Source: Patescibacteria group bacterium (GTDB taxonomy: Bacteria; Patescibacteriota; Minisyncoccia; Phycocordibacterales; JBBTRF01). From it: a stretch of 64,000 nt of DNA. The notes beneath the pieces are model-generated. The model saw only the letters and a program-made list of their open reading frames with translations. It ran no database searches and was not told where the DNA came from. How positions within the stretch are numbered: position 1 is the first letter of the stretch; every line of letters starts with the position of its first letter. A program made the translations under genes and the position numbers. Below, in pieces: positions 9,949 through 19,358 of the stretch. The stretch covers positions 161,642 to 225,641 of the forward strand of contig JBBTRF010000001.1 in NCBI GenBank assembly GCA_038065315.1. The letters run 5' to 3'.

Positions 9949-11106
9949 CTACATCCCCTCTTTTTTCAATTCTTCGATCGCTTTCTTGGCCGCCTTCGAG
10001 AGGTGTTTCGGCATTTCGATGGAGATCTTCACAAAAAGATCACCGCGGCGGTTTTTGCTCCCGCCGATCGGCACGCCGCGCCCCTTTACACGAAGTTGTT
10101 CGCTGTGAGTGATACCGGCCGGGATGCTGAGTTGGATATCGCCATCGAGCGTGGTAAATGTTTTCACTGCACCGAGAAGTGCTTCGGAAAGCTTAATACC
10201 GAGCGAGGCATGTAAGTCGGCGCCATCGCGCTCAAAAAGCGGGTGCGGCACGACGTGGATCTTCACGTAGAGATCGCCAGAAGAGCCGGTGCCGCCGCCA
10301 GCCAGTGTTTCGCCCTTGCCGGCCATGCGGAGCATCTCGCCGTCGTTGATGCCAGCCGGAATGACTACCTCGAGATTCTCCTGCCTGTCGTACACGCCTG
10401 CACCGCGGCAGATCTTGCATTTTTCCTTTGGTATCGTACCTTTCCCAGCACAGGTTGGGCAAGTGGCTGTGGTACTCACATTGCCGAGGAAGGTGCGGCG
10501 CACCTCTTGTACCTTGCCGCGTCCTTTGCAGGTGTCACAGGTCTCGATTTTTGTTCCCGGCTCGCCCCCTGTGCCATTGCAATGGTCGCATGCCGCAGTG
10601 CGACTAAAACGTAGCTCACGAATAGAGCCGAAGACAGCATCCTTGAACGGAATTTCGATATCGATCGACATATCGCGGCCCTTCTGACTGCGACCGCGGC
10701 CACCTCGTGCGCCTCCTGCCCCGCGCCCGCTTGAACCGCCAGTGCCGAAAATATCGCCAAAGATATCGCCAATGTCGAATTCGATGTTCTGCGAGCCACC
10801 GAAGCCTTGGGTGAATTGCGAAAAATCAAAGCCATCGAAACCACCGGCTTGGCCACTGAAGGGATTACCTCCTCCGCCGGAGCCTCCACCAAAACCTGGG
10901 CCCGACGAACCAAATCGGTCGTATTGTGCACGCTTCGCATCGTCCGACAAGGTCGAATACGCCTCATTTGCTTCTTTGAAGCGCGCCTCGTTGCCACCCT
11001 TCTTGTCTGGGTGATGTTCATGCGCGAGCTTACGGAACGCCTGCTTGATCTCGTCTTTCGAGGCACTCTTTTCGACTCCGAGTGTTTTGTAATAGTCTTT
11101 TGACAT
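9949..11106 (-). CDS. dnaJ: Chaperone DnaJ (J domain, G/F-rich region, 4x CxxCxGxG zinc finger, C-terminal domains)
   Basis: MSKDYYKTLGV...HHPDK J-domain; Gly/Phe-rich segment; CDHCNGTG, CDTCKGRG, CPTCAGKG, CKICRGAG repeats. Start chosen at the internal Met with a DnaJ-typical N-terminus (ATG at 11106); the ORF track starts 8 codons earlier. Confidence 0.9.
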   Translation of the reverse strand: MSKDYYKTLGVEKSASKDEIKQAFRKLAHEHHPDKKGGNEARFKEANEAYSTLSDDAKRAQYDRFGSSGPGFGGGSGGGGNPFSGQAGGFDGFDFSQFTQGFGGSQNIEFDIGDIFGDIFGTGGSSGRGAGGARGGRGRSQKGRDMSIDIEIPFKDAVFGSIRELRFSRTAACDHCNGTGGEPGTKIETCDTCKGRGKVQEVRRTFLGNVSTTATCPTCAGKGTIPKEKCKICRGAGVYDRQENLEVVIPAGINDGEMLRMAGKGETLAGGGTGSSGDLYVKIHVVPHPLFERDGADLHASLGIKLSEALLGAVKTFTTLDGDIQLSIPAGITHSEQLRVKGRGVPIGGSKNRRGDLFVKISIEMPKHLSKAAKKAIEELKKEGM

Positions 11107-11199
11107 TTTAGATTTTTTGAACCTTGACACTATACCATACGGTGTGTAACTATTCTATTCAGTCAGTTGTTTTAGAGGGTTGGCTTCAGAAAGGAAGCC

Positions 11200-11529
11200 G
11201 TGGTGTCCCGAACAATACACCTAGCATCGTTAATCATGATCGTCATCTTGAAAGACCGGAGACTTTTCGCCATCCAGTGCCTCGTCTCAATTGCAATCAT
11301 GCTGAGCGCATATCTCGAGCCGAGGTATTTTGCGATAACCTTTGGCGCTTGGTTCCTGTTCTGCCTGCTGATTCTGCTCGTTTACACAATCAGCACGCCT
11401 GCCGAAGACCTGTTGGGGCTCAAGCATGAGATGCAATTCATCGTGCTGTTTGGCACCCCGATAATCATCCTCGGAATCACGAAGGCTCTTTTTACCATAA
11501 GGCGAACGGACGCCGCACCTAAGACCTGA
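11200..11529 (+). CDS. Small multi-pass membrane protein, hypothetical
   Basis: 109-aa ORF with three hydrophobic helices, in the divergent gap between dnaJ and dnaK, followed by a hairpin plus T-run. Confidence 0.35.
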   Translation: MVSRTIHLASLIMIVILKDRRLFAIQCLVSIAIMLSAYLEPRYFAITFGAWFLFCLLILLVYTISTPAEDLLGLKHEMQFIVLFGTPIIILGITKALFTIRRTDAAPKT

Positions 11530-11544
11530 TCGCGTTATCTACCT

Positions 11545-11625
11545 CACTCCCCTCCTCCATTATCTCCACGACTCAGTCTTTGTACTAGGTCATGGAGAGT
11601 AGGAAGAGGGGGGTTTTTTTATTTT
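11545..11625 (+). terminator. Putative rho-independent terminator (G/C-rich imperfect hairpin followed by GGGGGGTTTTTTTATTTT)
   Basis: CTCCCCTCCTCC...GGAGAGTAGGAAGAGGGGGG followed by a T7 run, immediately downstream of the 11200..11529 ORF. Confidence 0.35.
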
Positions 11626-11669
11626 CTGATTTTCAGGAGCCTAGTGGAGAGGTGTCTGCGGCCATTTTT

Positions 11670-11730
11670 GAGTAGGTGCGGATTTATCATACTTTTCTCA
11701 TACTTTCGTATGAAAAATCCGATACTACTC
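11670..11730. repeat. Palindromic intergenic element, copy 1 (GAGTAGGTGCGGATTTATCATAC...GTATGAAAAATCCG...TACTC), just downstream of dnaK
   Basis: Shares inverted arms CGGATTT(T/A)TCATAC / GTATGAAAAATCCG and internal TTTTCTCATAC units with the copies at 14191-14249 and 62817-62887. Confidence 0.6.
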
Positions 11731-11760
11731 TTTTTCGCTGCGCCACCCCGGCTGCTTCAG

Positions 11761-13698
11761 CTATTTCTTCTCCCCATCTTTACCGCCTTCCTTGAACTCC
11801 GCATCGCGGACTGGGCCGTCAGCATCTTTCTTGTCGCCCTGCGCAGTGTCGGCCCTTGAGGCCTCGCCGTTTGCTCCGGCGCCTGCCGCGCCCGCACCAG
11901 CCTTGCTCATCGCCTCGCCAACTTTGGAGAGCTCGGTCGAGAGAGCTTCGGTTGCGCTCCTGATCTTCGCAAGATCAGCACCATCTTTCACCTGCTTGAG
12001 GTCAGCGGTCTTGTCCTCGACACCCTTGCGGACATCAGCAGGCACTTTATCGCCCGCATCCTTGAGCGCCTTCTCGCTGGTGTAGATCATCTGCTCGGCG
12101 ACATTTTTTGCCTCGACTGCCTCACGCTTCTTCTGGTCGTCAGCACTGTGCATTTCCGCATCCTTCTGCATCTTCGCGACCTCTTCCTTGCTCAGGCCGG
12201 AGCTTGCGGTAATCTTGATCGAGTTCGACTTGCCGGTGGTCTTGTCCTTGGCAGTCACATTCAAGATACCATTGGCATCGATGTCAAAAGACACCTCCAC
12301 CTGCGGCATACCGCGAGGAGCCGGTGGAATACCGTCGAGAGTGAACTTGCCGAGCGACTTGTTGTCCGCCGCCATAGCACGCTCGCCCTGAGTGATGTGG
12401 ATTTCCACAGAGGTTTGATTGTCCGCCGCGGTCGAGAACACCTGAGACTTCTGTGTCGGGATAGTAGTGTTCTTCTCGATGAGCTTCGTCGCGACGCCAC
12501 CCATAGTTTCAATGCCGAATGAAAGTGGGATCACGTCGAGCAAGAGCACGTCCTTCACGTCGCCGGCGAGAATACCGCCCTGAATAGCGGCACCGATCGC
12601 CACGACTTCGTCTGGGTTCACTCCCATGTGGAGCTCCTTTCCGAAGAAGGCCTTCACCGCTGCGAGCATGGCTGGCATACGAGTCTGCCCACCCACCATC
12701 ACCACTTCGTTGATATCGGCCACCTTGAACGGCGATGCTTCCATCGCACGCTTGGTGATCATCATTGCTCGATCGATGAATTCTCGAGTGAGAACCTCGA
12801 GCGTTGATCGGGTCATAGTCTTCACGAGGTGCTTCGGGCCGTCACTGCCAGATGAGATGAACGGAATGTTGATCTCGGTCTGCACCGCGGTGGAGAGCTC
12901 GATCTTGGCCTTTTCTGCGGCCTCGTCGAGTCGCTGCACTGCCAAGGGATCCCTCATGAGGTCGATACCGTTTTCCTTCTTGAAATCATCCGCGAGCCAT
13001 TTGATGATCTTCTGGTCGATGTCTTTTCCGCCCAAGTGCGCGTCACCGTCGGTGGACTTCACCTCCACGAGGTCGGCGCCCACTTCGAGCACGGAGATGT
13101 CGAAGGTACCGCCTCCGAAGTCGAAGACGACGATCTTTTCATCCTTCTTTTTGTTGAAGCCGTATGCGAGGGCGGCTGCGGTCGGCTCGTTGATGATACG
13201 CATCACTTCGAGGCCGGCGATCTTGCCTGCGTCCTTGGTGGCCTGTCGCTGTGCGTCGTTGAAGTATGCCGGGACGGTGATGACGGCCTGAGTCACCTTC
13301 TCGCCGAGTCGCGCTTCCGCGTCGGTCTTGAGTTTGGTGAGGATCATGGCCGAGATCTCCTCCGGTCGGAGCCATTTGTCGGCCATTTTCACTTCCACAC
13401 CACCGTTCGCAGACTTCTGCACTTCAAAAGGCACCGATGCCTTGTCTTTTTGCACCGCGTCTTCGTCAAATGTGTGTCCGATGAAGCGCTTGATCTGGAA
13501 GACGGTGTTCTTTGGGTTGGTGACAGCTTGTCGCCGCGCAAGGAGGCCGACGAGTCGGTCGCCGGTCTTTGATTGAGCGACAATAGATGGAGTGGTGCGC
13601 GCACCCTCGGCATTTTCGAGGATCTTCGGGCTGCCCGCTTCCATCACCGCGACTGCTGAGTTGGTGGTACCGAGGTCGATACCGATGATTTTTGACAT
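11761..13698 (-). CDS. dnaK: Chaperone DnaK (Hsp70)
   Basis: [30 protein letters not shown] and the EEVD-less C-terminus; 645 aa, full-length Hsp70. Confidence 0.95.
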   Translation of the reverse strand: MSKIIGIDLGTTNSAVAVMEAGSPKILENAEGARTTPSIVAQSKTGDRLVGLLARRQAVTNPKNTVFQIKRFIGHTFDEDAVQKDKASVPFEVQKSANGGVEVKMADKWLRPEEISAMILTKLKTDAEARLGEKVTQAVITVPAYFNDAQRQATKDAGKIAGLEVMRIINEPTAAALAYGFNKKKDEKIVVFDFGGGTFDISVLEVGADLVEVKSTDGDAHLGGKDIDQKIIKWLADDFKKENGIDLMRDPLAVQRLDEAAEKAKIELSTAVQTEINIPFISSGSDGPKHLVKTMTRSTLEVLTREFIDRAMMITKRAMEASPFKVADINEVVMVGGQTRMPAMLAAVKAFFGKELHMGVNPDEVVAIGAAIQGGILAGDVKDVLLLDVIPLSFGIETMGGVATKLIEKNTTIPTQKSQVFSTAADNQTSVEIHITQGERAMAADNKSLGKFTLDGIPPAPRGMPQVEVSFDIDANGILNVTAKDKTTGKSNSIKITASSGLSKEEVAKMQKDAEMHSADDQKKREAVEAKNVAEQMIYTSEKALKDAGDKVPADVRKGVEDKTADLKQVKDGADLAKIRSATEALSTELSKVGEAMSKAGAGAAGAGANGEASRADTAQGDKKDADGPVRDAEFKEGGKDGEKK

Positions 13699-13772
13699 GG
13701 GTTAATTTGCGTTAAAAACGTGATAAAGGATTTCTAAAATCCGAATGAACGGGGTGTGAAATCGAATTCAGC

Positions 13773-14153
13773 TTAAAACGCAAAGGACGGCGCGCGGGTC
13801 GGTTGGCTTTTGAGGATCGCCTTGATGGCGAGATGTGGATAGACGACAGACTCGAGCTGGAGAGATTTTACAAATTCAAAGACAGCAAGCTCGACAGGTG
13901 CTGGGAGTGCTTGGACAGCAGCTGTATTTGACGCACCGGAAACAACATCACCAAAGGCAAAGGCTTCAGCTGCCTCGATCGGGGTGGCAGAAAGGAGTTT
14001 TACGCGTACCTGACCCTGATACTCCACCACCAAAAATCGGGCACGAACAAAGCCGCCAGCCCGTGTTTTCAGGACTTTTTCGATGATATTTTGCTGTGGA
14101 GCGAGGGTCAACATCGGACTGCTATTATACCAGAAATATGGAGGAGTCAACAT
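13773..14153 (-). CDS. Hypothetical protein between grpE and dnaK
   Basis: 126-aa ORF in the operon position where some bacteria carry a small regulator; no recognisable motif; the true start may be the internal Met at about 14114. Confidence 0.35.
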   Translation of the reverse strand: MLTPPYFWYNSSPMLTLAPQQNIIEKVLKTRAGGFVRARFLVVEYQGQVRVKLLSATPIEAAEAFAFGDVVSGASNTAAVQALPAPVELAVFEFVKSLQLESVVYPHLAIKAILKSQPTRAPSFAF

Positions 14154-14190
14154 ATTCGACTGAACAGAAGGTTGGTGGTGCAGCGGAAAA

Positions 14191-14249
14191 GAGTACCTTC
14201 GGATTTTTCATACAAAGTATGAGAAAGTATGAAAAATCCGCACCTACTC
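14191..14249. repeat. Palindromic intergenic element, copy 2 (GAGTACCTTCGGATTTTTCATACAAAGTATGAGAAAGTATGAAAAATCCGCACCTACTC), downstream of grpE
   Basis: Near-perfect inverted repeat; its right arm is the exact reverse complement of copy 1's left arm. Confidence 0.6.
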
Positions 14250-14308
14250 AAAAACACTGACGGACACCCCACCCCTCGCACTACGAACTACACCTTTGTG
14301 ACAAGAGA

Positions 14309-14932
14309 TTACTTCTTCACCTCCCCCACCTTCACCTTCGGCGGACGGACCACGCGGTCGCCGAGCTTGTATCCTTTGTTGATGACAGCGACAACTTTGC
14401 CATCCTGTGATTTTTCGTCTACCTCCACCATCTCTATCGCCTCCTGCTCGAGCGGGCTGTAGTCGGCGCCGAGGGGGTTGAGTTCGGAGAGGCCGTTTTT
14501 CTGCAAGATACCTAGGATCTGCGCCTGAATATGCTCGACGCCCATGCGCCAATTCTTGTCCACCTTTTCCCAAGCCTCTTTGTTGGCACGAGCCATGTCG
14601 AAGCTGTCGAGCACTGGCAAGATGTCGAGGATGAGCTCCTCGTTCGCGTACTTCACGAGCTCCTTCTGGCGCTCCTCGTCGCGCTTGCGCGCATTTACCA
14701 TGTCGGCCTTGGTGCGCTGCCAGCCAGTGAGATAGTCGAGCTTCTCGGCTTCACACTTCTTGAGCTTGTCGCGCAAGTCTTTCAGCTTGGCCTGGGAGCC
14801 CTTCTCGATGCCTTCTTCGTTGGTGTCCACTACATCATCTGTATCGCCAGAATTTGCGTCTGCCTTGCCAGCAGCCGTCGGCTCAAAAGTTACATCATCC
14901 TGATCGTTTTTCATATTTTTAGTGTCGTCCAT
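14309..14932 (-). CDS. grpE: Nucleotide exchange factor GrpE
   Basis: Acidic N-terminus, long coiled-coil region, and C-terminal ...MVEVDEKSQDGKVVAVINKGYKLGDRVVRPPKVKV typical of the GrpE beta-domain. Confidence 0.85.
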   Translation of the reverse strand: MDDTKNMKNDQDDVTFEPTAAGKADANSGDTDDVVDTNEEGIEKGSQAKLKDLRDKLKKCEAEKLDYLTGWQRTKADMVNARKRDEERQKELVKYANEELILDILPVLDSFDMARANKEAWEKVDKNWRMGVEHIQAQILGILQKNGLSELNPLGADYSPLEQEAIEMVEVDEKSQDGKVVAVINKGYKLGDRVVRPPKVKVGEVKK

Positions 14933-15176
14933 AGGGCTGTATTATCGCCAATTTCTGTACGCGGGTCAATCCCTTGATCTCCCACTCCCTTTTCAGTGCA
15001 CGACTTTTCGTCCGGCACTTCTCCGCATACGCCAACACCACCGGCCGCCGCGACTTCGTGTACTTCGCGCCCGTCTTCGACTCATTGTGCGCCACCACTC
15101 GCCTCTCCACATCATTCGTCGAACCCGTATACAACGTTCCATCCGCGCATTTCAAGATGTATATGTAGTAAGCCAC
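14919..15176 (-). CDS. GIY-YIG nuclease superfamily small protein (UPF0213-like)
   Basis: MAYYIYILKCADGTLYTGSTNDVERRVVAHN is a canonical GIY-YIG motif; 85 aa. Confidence 0.75.
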   Translation of the reverse strand: MAYYIYILKCADGTLYTGSTNDVERRVVAHNESKTGAKYTKSRRPVVLAYAEKCRTKSRALKREWEIKGLTRVQKLAIIQPYGRH

Positions 15177-15381
15177 GGCAGGTACAGTATAGCAATTGAT
15201 AAGACAGACTCATACATATATACTTATACAAATGGACAAGAAACTTCGTCGGCGTTGGGACAATCAGGTGAAGCAAGCCCTAAAAAGGGTCGGCTATTCG
15301 AGCGGTAAATTAGCCCTGAAGGATCTCTAGAAAACACCGCAAGGAAGTCTTTCGGCGTGGAGGAATCGAACGAAATATGTA

Positions 15382-15491
15382 GGCAAAACAAAACAGCATT
15401 CTGAGGGAACTGCGGAGGCCGTCGGGCCGAGCCGGAGCGAAAAGCTAGCGAGCTTTTATGCGTATCCCTCAGAATGCGTTTTTGTTTTGCC
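15382..15491. repeat. Long inverted repeat (about 27-bp arms, 56-nt spacer) downstream of rpsI; candidate terminator or MITE-like palindrome
   Basis: GGCAAAACAAAACAGCATTCTGAGGGA ... TCCCTCAGAATGCGTTTTTGTTTTGCC; arms complementary with 1-2 mismatches. Confidence 0.5.
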
Positions 15492-15500
15492 TGCTTATAA

Positions 15501-15923
15501 CTATCGCTTGCTCCAAGCCGGAGACTTTCGTGCCTTCTTCAAACCGAACTTTCGTCGCTCCTTCGCTCGAGGATCTCGCTTCAAAAAGCCTTCCTTCTTG
15601 AGAGAACCACGGAGTGCGATATCGTGCTGAATCAACGCTCGTGCAATGCCGTGTCGGAGTGCCTCGGCCTGAGAGTGGATACCGCCGCCGCTCAACATCG
15701 CAGTGACCTTGAACTTCTCGGCTGACTTTGCCAAAGCGTCCATGGCGATCTGCTGGAGCTCAGCGGTCGGGAAATACGTATTCAAATCCTTCTCGTTCAA
15801 AGTGAAAGAGGTCTTCGCTGAAGGAGTGATGCGGACGCTCGCAATAGAGGTCTTGCGTCGGCCGATGCCCTGGGTGTACTTTTTGTCTGAAGTTGAAGTG
15901 TTGGATGTCATGGAGATATACAA
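15501..15923 (-). CDS. rpsI: 30S ribosomal protein S9
   Basis: C-terminal GGGIHSQAEALRHGIARALIQ...RDPRAKERRKFGLKKARKSPAWSKR is the S9 signature. Confidence 0.9.
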   Translation of the reverse strand: MYISMTSNTSTSDKKYTQGIGRRKTSIASVRITPSAKTSFTLNEKDLNTYFPTAELQQIAMDALAKSAEKFKVTAMLSGGGIHSQAEALRHGIARALIQHDIALRGSLKKEGFLKRDPRAKERRKFGLKKARKSPAWSKR

Positions 15924-15930
15924 TAGCCGA

Positions 15931-16278
15931 TTACTCGCTGATGGTCAAACGCTTCATCATGCCTGGGCGGAGGCGGTTGTTTGGGATCATGCCCTGGATC
16001 GCGAGGCGGAAAAGCTCGCTGTAGCCCTTCTTCGCCACGATGTCCACCATGTTTGGAGTCTTCAAACCGCCTGGGAACCCGCTGTATCGAGCATAGGTGG
16101 TCTGCTTCATCTTGTTGGTAGCGATCGATGCCTTTGAAGCGTTGATGATCTCAACAGTAACATCGGTCGGAGCCGCATTGCGGACAAACGAAGTCAAATT
16201 CTTGCCCATGAGGAGAGAGGCCGCCTTGGTAGCGAGTCGTCCGAGCTTCTGGTCTTTTGCGTCAAGAGTGTGTTTCAT
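15931..16278 (-). CDS. rplM: 50S ribosomal protein L13
   Basis: KLGRLATKAASLLMGK N-terminus and GMIPNNRL...MKRL C-terminus typical of L13; immediately upstream of rpsI (conserved rplM-rpsI pair). Confidence 0.85.
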   Translation of the reverse strand: MKHTLDAKDQKLGRLATKAASLLMGKNLTSFVRNAAPTDVTVEIINASKASIATNKMKQTTYARYSGFPGGLKTPNMVDIVAKKGYSELFRLAIQGMIPNNRLRPGMMKRLTISE

Positions 16279-16299
16279 GGAAGTGTGTTGGGTGCTTGA

Positions 16300-16653
16300 T
16301 TATTTTACAAACTGGATGACGGCCATGCGAGCAGAGTCGCTCTTTCGTGCTGGGAGCTTGATCACTCGGGTGTAGCCACCGTTTCGGGTCTTAAACGATG
16401 GGCCGATTTCGGTGAAAAGCTTCTTCACCGCTGAAGCGGAACCGATGCGCGCCATCACCAATCGTCGGTTGAAGACGGTGTCGGTCTTCGCTCGAGTCAC
16501 CATCGGTTCGATGAAGGGTCGGATCTCCTTGGCCTTAGCCTCGGTAGTCATGATCTGGCCATGGTTCACCAATGCGAGTGCGAGCGACTTGAGCAAGGCG
16601 CTTCGCTGTCCTGTTTCTCGTCCGAATACTCGATTTTTATTATGGTGTCTCAT
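16300..16653 (-). CDS. rplQ: 50S ribosomal protein L17
   Basis: MRHHNKNRVFGRETGQRSALLKSLALAL... classic L17 N-terminus; sits after rpoA as in the alpha operon. Confidence 0.9.
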   Translation of the reverse strand: MRHHNKNRVFGRETGQRSALLKSLALALVNHGQIMTTEAKAKEIRPFIEPMVTRAKTDTVFNRRLVMARIGSASAVKKLFTEIGPSFKTRNGGYTRVIKLPARKSDSARMAVIQFVK

Positions 16654-16704
16654 GGTGTTTGATTAATGACGCTCGTGTCTGTTTGGGTCTTTTCGGCGTT
16701 CAGA

Positions 16705-17682
16705 TTATTTTAATGAAATGCCGTACTTGTTCAAGAACTTCTTGATCTCCTGTACGCCCTTGCTGCCAAGGCCGTCGATATCGAGAATGTCCTCCTCCTT
16801 CTTGCGAACCAAGCCGCCGAGGGTTCGAACATTTGCACTGGTGAGCGCATTGAGGGTTCGAGGTGAAAGGTCGAGAGTCTCGATGCGGGTCTTCAAAAGC
16901 TCTGGATCAATCTCCTTCTTTGAAGACTTCTCTGAGGCCTCCTCAGCGTCAGCCTTCGCTGCTCGCTCCTCTGCTGGTGCAATCTCCTCTTCCTTGAATC
17001 CGACAATCGCCTTGAGCTGCTCGATCATGGTCACAATAGACTGTTCAAGCGCCTCGTGAGGGGTGACGGTACCATCGGTCTCAATAAAGAGCTTGATTCG
17101 GTTGAAATCAGTACGGTTGCCGACTCGCATGTTCTCCACTTCGTAGTTCGCACGCTTGATTGGGGTGAAAATGGCATCCAGAGCGATAGCACCTATGTCT
17201 ACGCGCTCCTTCTGGATAACTTCCTTTGGGACGTAACCAAGACCCTTCTGGGCAGTGATCTCAATTTCCAAAGTGGTGTTCTTGTCGGTGACAGATGCAA
17301 TGTGCTGATCTTTGTTCACGATGACCACCTGGCCCGGAGCCTCGATGTCGGCGCCCGTCGCATTCTTCACACCCTTCACGCGGAGGGTCATGGTCTGAGG
17401 CTCATCGCTCAAAAGCTGGATGCGAATCTTCTTGAGGTTCAAGAGAATAGTGATGACGTCCTCTTTCACTCCTTCGATAGTTGAAAACTCGTGAGAAACG
17501 CCAGTGATCTTCACTGAAGTGATCGCTGCACCTGGAAGAGACGACAAGATGATGCGTCGAAGTGAGTTGCCGAGAGTATGTCCGTATCCTGGGTACAATC
17601 CATCAATTTCGTAGATGCCAACAGAACCATCTTCTTTGATGATTCGAGGCTTTGATGGAAGTACGATAGTCTGATCAGTCAT
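16705..17682 (-). CDS. rpoA: DNA-directed RNA polymerase subunit alpha
   Basis: [24 protein letters not shown] N-terminal domain motif; C-terminal domain with [22 protein letters not shown] HhH. Confidence 0.95.
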   Translation of the reverse strand: [325 protein letters not shown]

Positions 17683-17712
17683 GTGATTGTTGTTATATAA
17701 AATGATTGATAA

Positions 17713-18330
17713 TTATCGCTTGTAGAATTCCAGGATGGCTCCGATATCGAACTGTGTCTCGCCAACTGCAAACTTCGGCATTCCAACGATCTCGGCTCGT
17801 TTCTTCTCCGACTCGCTCTTGATCCAATTGACCGCCGGCGCATTCTTCATCTTCTCCGCTGCCTGCTCGAACAGCTTCTTCTTTTGGCTACCATCACGGA
17901 TGGTGATCGCATCCTTCTCAGAGATGGTGTACGAAGGGATGGTGACCCGGGTGCCGTTCACCAAAATGTGGCCGTGAGAAACCATCTGTCGCGCGAGGAG
18001 TCGAGAGTTGGCCAAGCCAAGGCGGTACACGACATTGTCGAGACGAGTTTCGAGCGCCCGGAAGAGTGCTTCGTCTGGGTGGAGCTTGGTCTGTGCAATC
18101 GCCTTTCGGACGTAGTTGCGGAACTGCTTCTCCATCACGCCGTAGGTAAATCGGGCCTTCTGCTTCTCGATGAGCTGGGTACCGAACTCGCTCTTTGGGC
18201 GAGGCTTCTTTTTGCCGTCCTTGCCACCACTTCGTCGGGCGACAGATGCAGCAAATTTAGCCGTCTGTGTTTTGTCGAACACTGCGGCTCCCAGTCGTCG
18301 TGCAATCTTGTACTTTGGACCAATTTTCAT
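17713..18330 (-). CDS. rpsD: 30S ribosomal protein S4
   Basis: RLDNVVYRLGLANSRLLARQMVSHGHILVNG S4 domain; 205 aa. Confidence 0.9.
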   Translation of the reverse strand: MKIGPKYKIARRLGAAVFDKTQTAKFAASVARRSGGKDGKKKPRPKSEFGTQLIEKQKARFTYGVMEKQFRNYVRKAIAQTKLHPDEALFRALETRLDNVVYRLGLANSRLLARQMVSHGHILVNGTRVTIPSYTISEKDAITIRDGSQKKKLFEQAAEKMKNAPAVNWIKSESEKKRAEIVGMPKFAVGETQFDIGAILEFYKR

Positions 18331-18351
18331 GTGAGTACGTGATGATTAATA

Positions 18352-18798
18352 TTAAACGCGTCGTGGTTTCTTTGGCTTCGGACCGTTGTGAGGCACCGGA
18401 GTCACGTCTTTAATAGAGGTGATGGTGAAACCCTTTGATACAAATCCTCGAACGGCTGATTCTCGGCCAGAACCAACGCCCTTCACGATGACTGCCACTT
18501 CCTTGAGACCAAGGAGAGCTGCCTTTGCAGCCAAGGTCTCGCCCACTTTTGCTGCAGCAAAAGGAGTGCCCTTCTTTGCACCCTTGAAACCGAGAGATCC
18601 CGCTGATGACCAAAATACGGCGTTACCCTTTGGATCAGCAAACACCACTTTGGTGTTGTTGTAGGTAGACTGCACGTACAAAATGCCGCTGTCGAGCTTG
18701 AGCTTCGAGGCCTTTGAAGGTGCCGCCGCGACTACCTTCTCCGCTGGAGCGGCGGCCTTGTCGGTCTTCTTTACTTCTGTGTTCTTTGGGGTTGCCAT
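18352..18798 (-). CDS. rpsK: 30S ribosomal protein S11
   Basis: YVQSTYNNTKVVFADPKGNAVFWSSAG...PHNGPKPKKPRRV S11 signature. Confidence 0.9.
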   Translation of the reverse strand: MATPKNTEVKKTDKAAAPAEKVVAAAPSKASKLKLDSGILYVQSTYNNTKVVFADPKGNAVFWSSAGSLGFKGAKKGTPFAAAKVGETLAAKAALLGLKEVAVIVKGVGSGRESAVRGFVSKGFTITSIKDVTPVPHNGPKPKKPRRV

Positions 18799-18827
18799 AT
18801 AAATGTATGTCGGTTATTTCTTTAGGA

Positions 18828-19208
18828 TTACTTCTTCTCAACGGCCTTTCGTCCGGAACCCATGGTCTTGCGAACGTTGCCTCGAACAGTTCGAGAGTTG
18901 GTCTTGGTGCGCTGGCCGTGCACTGGGAGTCGGCGGAGGTGTCGGATGCCTCGGTACGCCTTGATGTCCTTCAAGCGCTTTACGTTGCCCGCGACCTCTC
19001 GCTTGAGGTCTCCTTCGATCTTGTAATCCTCGATCATCTTGCGGATCTCATTCTCTTCGTCTACAGTAAGGTCTTTCGCCTTCTTGGCAAAATCAACATT
19101 CGCTCGGGTCAAAATAGTGTGAGCGAGTGGACGGCCAATGCCGAAGACTGCCGTGAGAGCAATCTCGATTCGCTTGTCGTCTGGAATGGTGATACCTGAG
19201 ATACGCAT
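18828..19208 (-). CDS. rpsM: 30S ribosomal protein S13
   Basis: MRISGITIPDDKRIEIALTAVFGIGRPLAHTIL; C-terminal RTNSRTVRG...RK. Confidence 0.9.
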   Translation of the reverse strand: MRISGITIPDDKRIEIALTAVFGIGRPLAHTILTRANVDFAKKAKDLTVDEENEIRKMIEDYKIEGDLKREVAGNVKRLKDIKAYRGIRHLRRLPVHGQRTKTNSRTVRGNVRKTMGSGRKAVEKK

Positions 19209-19235
19209 TGGATATACAGTAAGGATGATGAATAA

Positions 19236-19352
19236 TTAACCTTGGCGCTGCTTGTGACGAGGGTTAGACGAGCACACCACGTACACATAGCCCTTTCGTC
19301 GGACGGTCTTGCATTGAGCACACACTTTTTTTACTGAAGCTTTTACTCTCAT
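19236..19352 (-). CDS. rpmJ: 50S ribosomal protein L36 (38 aa; not in ORF track because it is under 60 aa)
   Basis: Hand translation of the minus strand gives [38 protein letters not shown], a near-consensus L36 with the C-x2-C...C-x4-H zinc ribbon, between infA and rpsM as in the conserved operon. Confidence 0.85.
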   Translation of the reverse strand: MRVKASVKKVCAQCKTVRRKGYVYVVCSSNPRHKQRQG

Positions 19353-19358
19353 TGGTGT

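Noticed and set aside
12626-13572. Plus-strand ORFs of 221 and 178 aa inside dnaK
   Set aside because: Antisense to an unambiguous Hsp70 gene, and the sequence is Ser/Arg-rich low-complexity.
19109-19321. 70-aa minus-strand ORF overlapping the rpmJ region
   Set aside because: It is a different frame from the hand-translated L36 ([15 protein letters not shown]...), which is the real gene.
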